Shown one piece after another: positions 1-12,678 of a stretch of DNA of 64,000 bases. The position numbers and the translations under genes were made by a program. Under the pieces are notes generated by a model, which worked only from the letters and a program-made list of their open reading frames with translations, was not told the DNA's origin and searched no databases. Numbering within the stretch: the stretch's first letter is position 1; each line of letters opens with the position of its first letter. Where the stretch lies: NCBI RefSeq assembly GCF_009914755.1, contig NC_060947.1. One strand, given 5' to 3'. Source of the DNA: the human T2T-CHM13v2.0 reference genome, Homo sapiens.

Positions 1-410
1 GTTATTGATGTAATGGACAAGTGTGATGTCTTGTAGAAGTGATAGTTTTTCCAAGATCCCTGATAACTAAATTGTGATAAGAGGCTGAAGTGTTTTTATA
101 ACCCTAATGTAGGATAGTGAAGGTGTATCTTAGGCCTTGCCAGCTGAAAACAAACTTTATTTAGTAGATCTTGTAGACAGGTATGGAGAAAAAGGCATTT
201 GCCAGATCAATAGCTGCATGCCAGGTACCAGAAAGTGTGTTAATTCACTCAAGCAATGAAGCCTCATTTGGTACAGCAGCTGCAGTTGTAGTTACCAATT
301 GTTGAAGCTTACATGATTCACTGTTATTCTCCAGAATTCATCTGTCTTCTGCATGGGCCAAATAGGAAAGTTAAACAGGGATGTGTTGGGAATCACGAGC
401 TCTGCATCCC
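1..410 (-). pseudogene. pol: ERV-L (HERVL/ERVL-B4-type) pol remnant, reverse-transcriptase N-terminal half; runs off the window edge
   Basis: Minus-strand translation gives INTLSGTWHAAIDLANAFFSIPV, a degenerate FSWQG..YTFT.L..GY.N segment and QDITLVHYINN (ERV-L QDITLVHYIDD). Interrupted by indels and substitutions. Confidence 0.9.
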
Positions 411-429
411 CAAATTGCTTTCATTTGGC

Positions 430-760
430 CTTTTATATCATAGTAGCCCTTATAACACAGGTCAGGGAACCAATGTGGGTATTCTTCCAGTTTCTAAGTA
501 TTCCTATTCCAATTATGCATCTGGAACTGGGGAAATAACCTCAGTATGGGTTCAGAGATCCACTGGACCCACTGTAAGTCAGACCTGAGATAAAACTCCA
601 TTGATTACCTGACTTCCATAAACCCTTACTCTAAGTGGAGCACCACAGTGACATTTTGGTCTCAAGGAATCAATGTCAGTTCTAAGCCACTGTTCGGTGG
701 TTTTTGAAATGTCTAATCATTTCCTTTTTCCCAATGTACAGTTACTCTGGGAAAAGGCTG
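430..760 (-). pseudogene. pro: ERV-L protease remnant
   Basis: Revcomp of ~660-715 resembles ERV-L TF.GLLDTGSELTLIPGDP, degraded here. LTVGPVDL and ISPVPDA.IGIGIL-like segments at ~490-580. Confidence 0.7.
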
Positions 761-899
761 TAGGTCTCTTTGTAAAAAGATATGAGAAGTATTAACAGTA
801 CTGAATAAATTTTCACTTTACTTGAATGTTTTCTATGTATACAGATCAAATAAAAATTTAATAGGCCTTGTAGCTATTTTACTTCTAAGAAAATCATGA

Positions 900-2430
900 T
901 TAACTAGCCAGTACCATAGATCTACACAAGTCAGACTATTCTGATTCTTGCTTTACTTCTATCTATTATGATAACTATGCCTGACTTATTTTTGATGGTT
1001 GAGTGGGGCCACATAGTTCCTGCCACCCCAGGATCAAACTATTCCCACAGCCTTTAAGTTTTTCAATTGAATGACCACAATAAAGTCTGACTTACAAAGA
1101 AAAGCCATTATGGAGATCTTCAGAAATCCTAGGGCTCCTCTCACAAACCTATTTTTCAAAGTTTTGGTGAAGGATATGTCTTCTGGATGCTCCCATTGTG
1201 GGTGACTACATTTTAAGTGGCAAATCCACTCTAGCATTCCAGTCTTCCTAAGCTTTTGAATCCCTTCCTAATTTACATTAAATCAAGGGATATCAGGCAT
1301 CTGCAACTTAACCACAGGGGGTCAGCTTTTGATTCATGTTTCAGCTAACCAACCAAATTTTTATGACATTTTTTAGCTCTATGAGGTGTAACACCAAATG
1401 AAGAATCACTATGTGGTCTGCCCATATCAATATATTCACCCTTGTCCAACTTTATGTTTCTTTCACCATTATCCCACACCCATGATATTTGTTCCCACAT
1501 GTGTTCCCCTCACACTTATTCTTAGAAAACTCAAGTATTTCTTTCATAGAGTAGCACATCCCCTCATGGGTTACACTCTTTACCTCATCTTTAAAGGCCT
1601 GCTGGGACTTGAGTCTAGCTATAGGTCTATAAGCAAAGAGGGATGGTGGGGGTGGGTTCTGAGGAAAGTCAGTATTGTTTTGCTTGGCAACTGCCTCAGG
1701 ATATACTATCACCATTTTCTCAAGCAATATAGAGTTAACCCCTGAGACAGAAATGCAAAGGCCTGTACTACTGTCGGTGATGATGATGCTGTCACAGTGA
1801 ATGAGGATGAGGGCGGGTAGGTCACTTCAGACAAATAAGAGTAATAAGAATTTAGGAACCAAATGTTCCCAGCCTCATCAGGATTTTCTGCATACTCCCA
1901 ACCCAACTTACAGGATCTCATTTTTTCCATCAATATATAACTTCACTTTAAATTAGACACACTGGGAGACTGATAATTCAACTTTTATTGTAATTGAGCT
2001 AATTGCATGATAAAAGCTTGAGTGTGATTTTTCAGCAAATTCATTTTGGTGGTTACAGGAGAGAAGATTCTCTCTCAGGACACAATTTGACACCTTAGGG
2101 TATTTATACAAACTGGAGTCTGAGATTTGAATCCCTGAGTTTATCCTTTTCTTTCATCACCTTATTCAGTGAAATTAGAAGCAACCTACCAGCATCATTA
2201 TATTTTGTGGTTTTTCACTAATGTTCAAAAATGTCATATACCGAGTTATCAAGTTATTTGCCTTTTTAAGTGGTTTCTTAGGATTATCAACTGCGGATAG
2301 CTTATATATCTTATAAACAATTTATAACGTAGACTATCAGTGTCCTCTGAGTCTATTCTTAAAATAAGAATTGCTAACATTTAGGTTAACATTTAGGTTC
2401 CAATTAGAAAGCTAATTCCAGAAACACAAA
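900..2430 (-). pseudogene. gag: ERV-L gag remnant
   Basis: ORF fragment 1034-1237 MLEWICHLKCSHPQWEHPEDISFTKTLKNRFVRGA and fragments 1452-1727 and 1709-1933 (ENPDEAGN) resemble HERV-L Gag. Multiple stops and frameshifts. Confidence 0.8.
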
Positions 2431-2495
2431 AAAAAACTTCTTAAAAAATTTTCCAGAAAATTATCCTCTCTAGAACCAGTCTTTGGACCAAAATC

Positions 2496-2543
2496 TGTAC
2501 TAACCAAGGTATTCTAGAGAGACAGAACCAATAGTAAATACAC

Positions 2544-2576
<33 letters not shown>

Positions 2577-2695
2577 TGACGATCTTTATTAGGAGAGTTA
2601 GCTCATGCAATTATGGAGGTTGAGAAGGCCCATGTCAGGCTATTTGCAAGCTGAAAACAATTGGGTGCCAATAGCATGGCTCAGTCTAAATCTGA
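2496..2695 (-). mobile_element. MLT2B-type LTR (5' LTR of the ERV-L provirus), first piece, containing a (CA)n run
   Basis: Begins tgtactaaccaaggtattctagagagacagaaccaatag (MLT2 terminus). Adjacent ERV-L PBS-region sequence gattttggtccaaagactggttctag on the minus strand (~2470-2495). Confidence 0.85.
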
Positions 2696-2998
2696 TGATA
2701 AAAGAAAAGTAGCTCAGAGCAGTCCGAGCTATATGAAATATGCAAGATTTATCAGGCAAAGAGACATGAATGTGGGACTTCAGTCATGAACCATAAACCC
2801 ATGACTGGAGAAAATTTTTAAAGGCATTTTTGTTCTTGCCTTTTTTTTCCTTTAAAAATCCACTTGTAATTGCTGCAAATTGAAGTATATATTCAGGGCA
2901 ACTTGAGTTAATAATCCCAGGCGGCCATCCTTAAGATTTGAGCTTAAATAAACTCTATACTCAATAATATTTTCTGAATCTAATTATTTAAGGTTAAT
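2696..2998 (+). mobile_element. ERV1 5' LTR (MER93-like, name tentative), internally deleted relative to its 3' partner
   Basis: Homologous to 17027-17423 (tga(t/g)aaaagaaaa(g/a)tagctc(a/g)gag...). Followed by PBS-like tggctaccataaagggac at 3003-3020, close to the tRNA-Arg PBS tggcgaccacgaagggac. Confidence 0.75.
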
Positions 2999-3774
2999 CT
3001 TTTGGCTACCATAAAGGGACCCAAAGTGGTCCTCCAGTGAATTCCATCACTTTACAGACAATCAGAGCTTTGGTATCAGCACAAAAGACTTTGAATCATC
3101 GAACTCATCAAAGTCAGCAGGGATCTCTAACTGACTTTAAAGACCCTTTTTTGATTTGCCTCCTTCCAGCTTAGTTGAAACTTCAGACTTCGAGCCATAT
3201 ACATTCCTAACTTGACACGTTTATAATTGAAGCCCTATTGTTAAGTACAAGTTTCATTTGTTATTCCTGAGGTTATACTGGTCACAGATTTATGATTTTC
3301 ACTTTTCTCTGAGGTTAAGGTTTTGTTTTGAATCTTCCGTTAGAGTTTTTTTAAACTTTCTTCACTTGACATTTGGTCAAAAAGGGAAAAAAAACAATCA
3401 AATCCTGAGGTTTGGTTCAATTCACAGGTCTAAAACTTTCTTTTTGAATGACCAAAATAATAAAAGACTCTGTGAGGCTCATGAGATTTTTGGTCATTCA
3501 GGAAGAAAAAACTCCAGTTAATTGGCTTAAAAAAATAAGCTTTTAAATATGTTAACAGGAAAATGCAAACTAATTTAAATGCACTTTAGTTCACATGATT
3601 TGCATAAATCTTTAGTAGATAAGACTACTTAAATGTTTTTGGTTTAATAAAAACAACTGTGTCTTCTGATCAACACAATACCTGTGTATTTTACTTCAGA
3701 GTTCTTGCTTAAGGGTGACTCTATCATTCACAGGCTATAAAAATGATTGGCAAACAGGTAACTTAAGATGATGC

Positions 3775-3914
3775 TGCCAGTGAAAAAAGTCACACTCAGT
3801 AAAAAAGATGAAGTGAATTATTTTGAGCCAAATATGAGTAACCAATGGCCCATGACACAGCCCTCAAAAATCCTGAAAATATGTGCCCAAGATGATCAGC
3901 CTACAACTTGGCTT
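3775..3914 (-). mobile_element. MER4B-like LTR, truncated 3' LTR of a nested provirus
   Basis: Homologous to 12030-12162 (tgagccaaatatgagt(a/g)accaatgg...cagccctca...tatgtgcccaag...acttggcttt). Confidence 0.8.
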
Positions 3915-4368
3915 TGTGAACCCCAATAATCTGAGACAGGCATCAGTTAATTTAGAAAGTTTATCTGCCAAGGTTGAGGATACACACCTGTGACAGAGCT
4001 TCAGGAAGTCCAGACAACATGTGCCCAAGGTGGTCAGAGCACAGTTTGGTTTTATACATTCTAGGGAGATATGAGACATCAACCAACATATGCAAGATGA
4101 ACATTGGTTCGGTCTGGAAAGGCGGAACAACCTGAAGCAAAGGCAAGAAGACACAAAGTGGGGAGGTGGCAAATAGGTAGATAAGAGACAAATTGTTGCA
4201 TTCTTTTGAGTTTCTTATTATCCTCTACAAAGAAGGCAATCATATATCTCAGTGAGCAGAGGGATAACGGAATAGAATGGGAGCCAGGTTGGTCTTAAGC
4301 AGTTCCCATCTTGACTTCTCCCTTTAGCTTAGTGATTTAAAGGCCCCAAGATTTATTTTCCTTTCACA
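3915..4368 (-). mobile_element. MER4A/MER4A1 3' LTR
   Basis: Termini tgtgaacccc...atttattttcctttcaca match the MER4A1 consensus ends. Polypurine tract (ttcccccccttttctcttt on +) directly adjacent at 4369. Confidence 0.85.
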
Positions 4369-7300
4369 TTCCCCCCCTTTTCTCTTTAGAACTTTTTGGA
4401 GAAAGCATTTTAGAAGAAAATGTGTCTCTGGTCCCAGGTTTTATCTGATCTGTTATGGCTAGGATGGTTTATTCCTAGATGAGTACGTCCCGAGTTATTA
4501 GGAAAGCTCATTTTTAGCAGGTTGGGAAGTCTCGTGTCCTATATAGAGAAGATAGGGGGAATAAGGGAGAAAAAAACAAAAAATAAAAGAAGAATCCTGG
4601 AAAATTGATAAAGGCCACATTACTCTGAAGTCCATACAACAGTAGGCAGGGATGAAAATAGCTTATGTACGCAAATAAGTTGCTGCTATTTTCTTCTGAA
4701 GTGTAAGTTGTCTAGCTTCAGTTTGCAGGGATTTACAAAAGCACAGCTTAATCTTTGGTGATTTCAAATTAGGAAAAATGGAGGGGAAAACGAATAGAAG
4801 GAAGAAAAAAATGAAAATATCATTTTAAAGTCTTGAGCCAAGAAAAATTATAATTCAGTCTAAACTATAGAAAAGAATAGAATTTGAAAAACAGGCAAAA
4901 CTAGAAGCTAAAAACAGGTATACTATAGTTTTGGAAACATAATTTTTTTCTCTCAAGTTTCCCACTTTTACTAAAGGCAAATCATGGTAGGACCAGTTTA
5001 CTTTATTATCATTGTCCAGATTATTTGTATAAAGTGCACCAAGAGTAATTATTTTTCACATAGGCTTTTAAAAAAATTTGGCTTTGATGGAACTTGGTTC
5101 CATAGAAGGAATCTCAGATAATGCTTCCTTAAAGTCAAGCCCAGCCATGGATCTGTACCATCAGATAGCTATGATTTGGATGGATTTCTTCTTCTGTTGA
5201 GATTACAAGATAAACCTGGGGCTTCCGGACCTGTTAGAAAGTGACATTCTTTACTTACCACAGGTCAGAAACCCTGTACATGGGGCTGTATAGACAAACT
5301 ATGAGGCTAGTTTTTCCAAGGGCTTTATTGACTCCATAAGTAAAGTTTGATTCCTTAAAGGAAAGCAAACCATTGCAGTCAAAGCCTGGGTAAAATAACC
5401 AGTTTCTCCAATTGTGTCCTCTGACAAACAAAACAGATTCTTATTGCACTTATACAAATAACTGTATTGCCATAATTTAAGAATACTCTTATATAGTTTC
5501 CAAATTCTTGAGAAATTAAGTAGAGAGAAACAAATATGCTCCAAATTTTGTTCATAGGAGTATAATAAATTTTTAAAAGCTGTCAATAGCTTAAAAGAAA
5601 AGTTTCAAGAAACAGAAAAACAAAACAAAGAATCAGCAATGTTTTAAGCAAAATAATCAAAAAGATTAGTTCAATCTATGCAGTTAATTTCTCTTTTGCT
5701 TGATATTCATGAACATTTTAGCTCTTCGTGAGTCCTAAAAGTTTTCCCTCTATTCTGAGGTCACAATCTCCAAAGTCATCAGAAACTTGATTCAAGGGAA
5801 CCTTTTAGAGTTTTATAGCTGATTATAAAACCACCTTCTGAGAAACAAAAGAAGACAAGAATTGTCCATGAATGACAAAATATTTTAGGGCAGCCACAGT
5901 CAAAGACATAATTTACTAGGAATTTTTTTTTTACCTCTGTGGCACACAATAATTTAAACATAACAACTATGATTATTACTGATAATGTACACTAAGTCAT
6001 ATTACAACCATAGGAGTTTCCCATAATTTTGGAACACATCCCAGTATCATATTTATACAAATAAAGCCCAAAGAAAACCAAACACCATTTCATATTTGAT
6101 TATGTTTCCTGTATAATTTTTATACCAAATAAGCCAAATTACGTTATTTTTGGATATCAGGGGACCTGATATCTTAAAGGATTAAGTAGGTCAGAAAAAG
6201 ACATAATTTATAATTTGATTTTGGAAAGTTTGTAGAGTATCAAAGTTTAAAACACTTGATATTACAAAATAAAATTATAGGTCATTATACAGTCATTTAT
6301 TTAACCAAAGTGATAACTCGAGGATTTTTAAAAAAAGCAAAAATCTTCATTCTTTGAGAGAGAAGACTTAATTTTCCAAGCAAGAAGCCCTAATAAAAAC
6401 AGCATGAAGCCAATTAAATGTGTTTTTCAAAATTTTGTAAGCAATCTATAAAATTTTAATCTTAGTCATAGCATATAACTTTCATAAGCCTTTTATAACC
6501 TTCATAACCTTTATTAAGTAGTTGGTTAATGCTTCAAGAAAACCTTGTTAATCTGATGCTGGGGTTCATATGCTGGTCTTGCATCAGTGTGCCTTTGACA
6601 TTAATTATTAATTTATAAAGAAAATGAACTTATTTTATCTCTTAAAATTGGTTCTTACAATCTCACATGACCACCTCTTCCACGATAGTCCCTGGGCCTT
6701 AAGGAGTGGAATGGCTTTAATTTCTGGCCCTGTGTCTCAGAAATTCATTTTATTTTAATTGGCTTCTTCTATGGGGCCTGAAGATAAGGTTTTAATTGTG
6801 CTCAGTGTTTAAGATTTAGCAGGACTTTGTGTCCTTTATAGACCCAGGATTCAAAGCCCTGTAACTTAAAGTCACAAGTACTTTAAAAGCATATACAGAA
6901 AGATACATGGATATAATAACCTTAAATTAAAAAAAATCTTAATTTTTCTTAAGCAAATCAAATTTAATAATATGGCACAGAAATTATTTTGATAAAACTT
7001 ATAAAAGCAAAAGAAAAAACCTTCTCTAGTACACAGGATATTATGATGAAAGAAAACATTTTCTTTAGACCTTTAAGGAAAAGTGCCTTTTAAAAGGGGA
7101 GACAAAGCCAAAAATTGCAAGGGGCAACAAAAGTTCACTGATTATAAGATCTCTTACAATTTATTAAGAGTGAATCAAGCAATTAAAATTTCATTGTTCT
7201 AACCAATAATTTAGTGTATAAGTGTTTTTTACATGAAGTTCAATCTCTAGAAATAACATAGTTTCATTTTAATTATAAACATTTCATCATATAAAAGTTT

Positions 7301-10148
7301 TTTTTTAAATTAATCCTCGTGTTGTGACTTACACAGACCATTCCTGACGTCCTTGGACTTTCTGCTTTGTCCTGAACAGCACTCTTTCTTAAATATCCAG
7401 TCATTTTATTTTAGGACTAAATTTACGATACAAAATTCTTTCCCATATAAAATTGTTTCTCTTTAAGCTTTCTTACCCCAAAAACATACCTCTTTATTTT
7501 TATAATTTTCTCTACATCTTTCTTATTTCCTGGTTCCTTTACCTTATTTTATATATAATCTTTAAATATGCTTTGAATTAGACAAAACTTGTTCATCTGT
7601 CCTAAAAAGAACACACCTTTTTAAGCAAGGGTATTTTCCTGAAATATATTTTTATTGGAAAATACCCAAATAGCAAAATATTTATTATTCTATTTAATAT
7701 AAATTTATAGTCTAAATTATGACAAGTTTGTCTACAAGTATTTATTACATTTACCTAATTTTTTATTTTAATTGATTACCTAGATTGTTTATGAAAACTG
7801 CAATAGTCATTATTTAATGTTATGAAACTGCCATTGCAAAATTATAACTGAGACAGTGAAAAAGATATGACCTAACTGACTCAATTTTGCTTCTAACCTC
7901 CAACCTGTCCTTGTTCATTCCTGGACTTTGGGAGGAACTTAGTTTATAGTTTAGCTTTAAACAAAGATGATAACAGTCCTTTCCTAAAACAAACCTCCTT
8001 ACTCCCTGTGGACTAGACTGCCTAAAGCCTCAAGATTAGAAGTTATGGTAATTTTACTAAATAATTCAAGATGTAGCTATCTTCATTAAAGCAATATCAT
8101 TGTCTTATTAATTAAAAATTACACAAGCAAAGATCATAGTGTCTTGACACCCAGAGTATTTGGCAGGGTTAAGTATGAAATTGCTTTATTAATAAATGCA
8201 AACAAAAAATGTATGCTGGCAATTCTTAAGACATTTGTAACATTACTTTATCAATAATTTTAACGGTATCTTATTTATTAGAGATTTTACTTAATGTAAA
8301 CTTGAAAAAGCATTTGACTAGTCTTTTTTTTTTCTGATAAAGTATTTGATTTAAGCACTTTTATTTTTCTTTAAGCCAATTACGTAGAGCTCTTTTATAT
8401 ATTTTCAGTAGTGAAACATTGTGTACACAACACATAAATAGATGTATTAGGCATGCCAATAGAAGTACATACTATAGATTCATAATGAACTGCCCCCCTT
8501 TTTTTCGTATTTTAGACTTTCAAATTCTTGATAACCTGTTTCACCACCCTAGGCAGTTTTCAAATAAGTAGCCTTAAATTTGCATAGTAAAAGAAACAAT
8601 TCAGGTGAAAATCATACAGCAAAATTTACATCATAAAATACAGAGAGAAAAAGTCTGGTGGTGCTAGAACAAGATGCTTTTATTTTTCTTTGAGCCAAAT
8701 CAAACATAAAATTATAGAAATCTGTCATAGGATTGTATAAGGAGACCAATTTTATTTAGAGATGGACTACCTATCTATCTTTTAACTGGATCGCTGAGCT
8801 CTGGGCAGAGCCCACACTGAATCCTGGGTCTCCAAAAGTGGAGAATTATTTCGAGGTTAGATCACATGATGCTTTTACACTGCACATATATTTTTTTAAC
8901 AAAGACTTTTCTAAGTATCTAAACTTCACTCTTCCTTAAAAACCCCAGAGTAGCCTCTTGCAATAGCTATTAATGAAGAAAACAGAATTCAGTCAAATGA
9001 GAAGAAAAAATTAACTTTTGTTCAAAAAAATACAAGATCGTAGGAGAGAAAAACAAAAACAAACACATGAAGACCTTTTACATACAAACACACATGCATG
9101 CACACATACACACAAACACACATCTTGGATATTAGCTTTTAATGAAGCTGACTTCTAACCATTGAGCTCCTTTAAAAAAAAATAAATTTCATTACTATAT
9201 TTCAGCTAGGACAGATGGCTGTTATTTCAGAAGTACCAAGTATCAAACCAGAAAGGCCTTGAATTAGGAACCAAATCTATGCTGTCGTAGTGCAAAAAAA
9301 AGAAGGCAGAACTTTAGCTATCGAACTGTAGCATGGGGGGGACAGCCATTGCTTTCGGTATGGCCTGCATAGCAAAAAGGTGTCCTTGTTATGTAAATAA
9401 AGCCCCTTATGTAGTCAAAATAAAAAATCTTTCCTTTTTGTTTCTTCTGTGGCCTTTTTTCCCCCTCACTCTACCACATTTTTGTGTGTGTGTGAGGGCA
9501 GAATTCAGCCATTTTAGAGGTCTTGTTCCCTATAATTTGGAACGTTCTTTTAGATTTGAGCAAGGTGGATAGAGTTGGTCAAACCCATGGGAAAAGGATT
9601 GAAACAACAACAACAACAGAAACAAGCAACTAAAAAAAAAAGTTAAGTAAAACAAATGATCACACGACTTATATGATTACTGAGTACTCTAATGGTAAGG
9701 AGAAATTAAGACCAGCTAGTTGTTAATCTTAACTTTAGACAAGACAAAACCCAGTTCAGTAACTGACCTAGGGATGGGTGTTAGGCTTTAGACTGCTCTC
9801 TACCATTCTAGAAGCAGGAATAAAATAATAATAAAATAAAATAAAATAAAATAAAAATAAAATCTCATTTTCCCTGTTGGAAGTGACCTCAAACTCCATA
9901 AAGGAGTTACCTGCCTTCCACCATTATGGAAGCAGAAAAAATTTGCCTTCCTTGTGTTGGAAGCAAGTAAAACTTCAAAAAAAGATAAAAGGAGTTGTAC
10001 AGCAAAATAAACTGTAGATCTTGATCAAATTTGGGGAGATAGTAATTCTCGGAGGCGGGGGGTGCTGTCAGACCTCAACAAATTGTCCTATTGATTTGAG
10101 CCATAAAGTTAGCTCACGCTGGTACCAAGCACCAATAGTTTTGTCAAA
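4369..10148 (-). mobile_element. MER4-int internal region (non-coding, AT-rich)
   Basis: Lies between two MER4A LTRs, with PPT at 4369 and leader-like gctggtaccaagcacc near 10120. Only short spurious ORFs. Confidence 0.8.
7823..8045 (+). mobile_element. LTR8-like 5' fragment embedded in MER4-int
   Basis: tgaaactgccattgcaaaattataactgagacagtgaaaaagatatgacctaactgactc...ggaggaacttagtttatagttt matches the LTR8 5' end. Confidence 0.7.
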
Positions 10149-10495
10149 GGTTAGGGCACAGTTTGGTTTTATACATTTGAGAGAGATATGAGACATCAAT
10201 CAATATATGTAAGAAGACCATTGGTTTGGTCTGGAAAGGTGGGACAACTCAAAGCAAAGGCAGAAAGACTCAAAGTGGGGAGGGGGCTTCCAGGTCACAG
10301 ATAGGTGAGAAACAAATGGTTGCATTATTTTGCACTTTTGATTAGCCTTTCCAAAGGAGGCAATCAGATATGCATTTATCTCAGTGAGCAGAGGGATAAC
10401 TTCAAATAGAATGGGAGGCAGGTTCTCCCTAAGAAGTTTCCAGCTTGAATTTTCCCTTTATCTTAGTTATTTTGGGGACCCAAGATATTTTTTAA
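10149..10495 (-). mobile_element. MER4A/MER4A1 5' LTR lacking its 3' (R/U5) end and PBS
   Basis: Homologous to ~4032-4360 (gcacagtttggttttatacatt...tctcagtgagcagagggataac...ccaagat). Confidence 0.8.
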
Positions 10496-12029
10496 CACAG
10501 TATTCTTCAGGAATAAGTATGAAACTGCTTGACCAATAAATGGAAACAAAAATGCTGACAATTCATAAGACATCTCTAATATTATTTTCCAATAATTTTA
10601 AAGCCAGTTTATGAAGATTTGGCTTAAGTCACACAAACTTGAAAAGCATTTGGGCTATTGTTTACTTAATTTATGAGTACTCCTTAACTTTAAGCCAATT
10701 TGGTAGCTTGTAGCCAAAACACATAACAAAATATGTGTATGTACACATAAACACACATATGCACACATATACAAAGATCCTGTAGCTTTTACTTCAAAAC
10801 TCTAGCCATGAGATATTAATACAAGCTTACCAATTTACAAAAACAAACAGAAGAAGGTTAGATTCAAAAAATGATTTTTAACTCAGTAGAAATGTAACAG
10901 CAGATTTAAGCAGGCAGAAAGAAAAATATAAAAATAGAGAACTTAGGAACTCTGTAGTTGCCAGGTCAAATTTTGGGCTCTGAATTTTTCCTTGATGTAA
11001 GTTGCACATCAGTTTAAAATGTGCACAACAGACCAAAATATGTAATAGAGGAAGTACTGGAAAACCTGGCATGCCCTGAAATTTTTCATTTTACACAAAC
11101 ACTTGCAAGTACAGGCATTATAAAACCAATGGGGTACCCAAAAATAAGTCATTCTCTTTGTTTTTTCTTATTCTCAGACTATTTGTTTCCCATATTTTTT
11201 CTGATTTTTATTTATTTGTTTATTAAAAGGAGGAACTGAGTTTTTGCCTAGTGTTTAATGTGGTGGATCAATGTGTGCTTACTGTGTGTGGGACTCCACA
11301 TTGTATCACCACTGATTTGTTACTGCCCTCTTACATGTCTTAGTTTCTCTCTCAGGAGGTCTAGCACCTCTAAGAGGGATCACAATACAGAATGATCAGC
11401 TCTTACATGTTTCCTGAAAGAGCCTTTTTAAACTAATTTTGTTTGCAGTTCCCTGTAGAGCCACTGCATATCATGGGAATTAAGCCCCCCGACATTCCCC
11501 ACTTGGCCCGCAGTCACCCAGGAATGCCTTTTGTCTGGAAGGAGAAAAATATCCTTTCACTTCAGAGCTAAGGAAGCTTACTCTCTTATTTATCTCTAAA
11601 AATGACAGTACAGTTCCTCATGCAAATATGCAAACAAGCCAACTGACCTTAATTTGGGAAGAAAAATCAATGGAGAAGACTCATTAAAATGCAAAATTGA
11701 AACCAAACAGGATGCCTGAAGAGGGGTTGTTTGCCTGGTTTTTAGAAAAAGGCAATGGAGAAGATGCTTTAGAATATATCTCCAAGCCAGAATTAAGATC
11801 CTAAACAACAACTTCCTAGGAGGATAAGAAACAGCTCAAAATATGCCAAGAACCATCAACCAAAGAAAGATCCAAGTCTCAGAAGGATTTACCAGTTCCA
11901 CTTGAGGAGAAGCTCAAAGTCAGGTAGGCTTTCAGTGGGCCCCTGCTGGACTTTAGATCAAAGTCTGAGCAACTCCTCCGGCATCCTGAGTCTTTTCTGA
12001 GGCCCCACGTAATTCTGTCATTAAATTAT
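10496..12029 (-). mobile_element. MER4B-type internal region, 5' part
   Basis: 10500-10650 is paralogous to MER4-int 8150-8320. Degenerate leader/PBS (acgtggggcctcagaaaagactcagga on minus) abuts the LTR at ~12030. Confidence 0.65.
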
Positions 12030-12678
12030 AATTGACAAAAATAGTGAAATTGTAAAATATTTGAAGACATTTATTCTGAGCCAAATATGAGTGACCAATG
12101 GTACAGCCCTCAGGAAATCCTGAGAATATGTGCCCAAGGTGGTCAGCATACTACTTGGCTTTACACATTTTAGAGAGACCTAAGACATCCATCAATACAT
12201 GTAGGATGTACTTTGCTGTGGCCCAGAAACTCAGGAAAACTGGAGGTGGGGTCTTCCAGGTCATAGGTAGATTCAAAGATTTTCTGAATGGCAATTGGTT
12301 GAAAGAATTAAGTTACTGTCTAAAGACTTAGGATCAATAGAAAGAAATATCTGGGTTAACATAAGGGGTTGTGGGGACCATGGTTTTATCATGCACATGA
12401 AACCTCCAGGTAGCAGGCTTCAGAGAGAATAGATTGTAAATGTCTGATATCAAAATTAAACACTCTGTTCTATCAGTCTTAAGGTCTGTGCTGATGTTAA
12501 TGCTGGTCAGGTTTTTCTTAATTCCAAAAGGGAGGGGGGCATAATGAAGCATATATGACTCTCTCATTCCCATCATGGACTGAATAAGTTTTTCAGGTTA
12601 ACTTTACAATGCCCTTGGCAGAGAGGACAAGCCCATTCAGATGGTCAAGGGGGCTTAAAATTTTATTTTTGGTTTACA
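12030..12678 (-). mobile_element. MER4B-like 5' LTR, full length
   Basis: Ends ...aaaattttatttttggtttaca (revcomp TGTAAACCAAAAATAAAATT, the MER4B/C/D/E-type start). ~650 bp. Confidence 0.8.

Noticed and set aside
8150-10660. Similarity between 8150-8320 and 10500-10650
   Set aside because: Explained by paralogy of two related MER4-group internal regions (diverged and gapped), not a local duplication.
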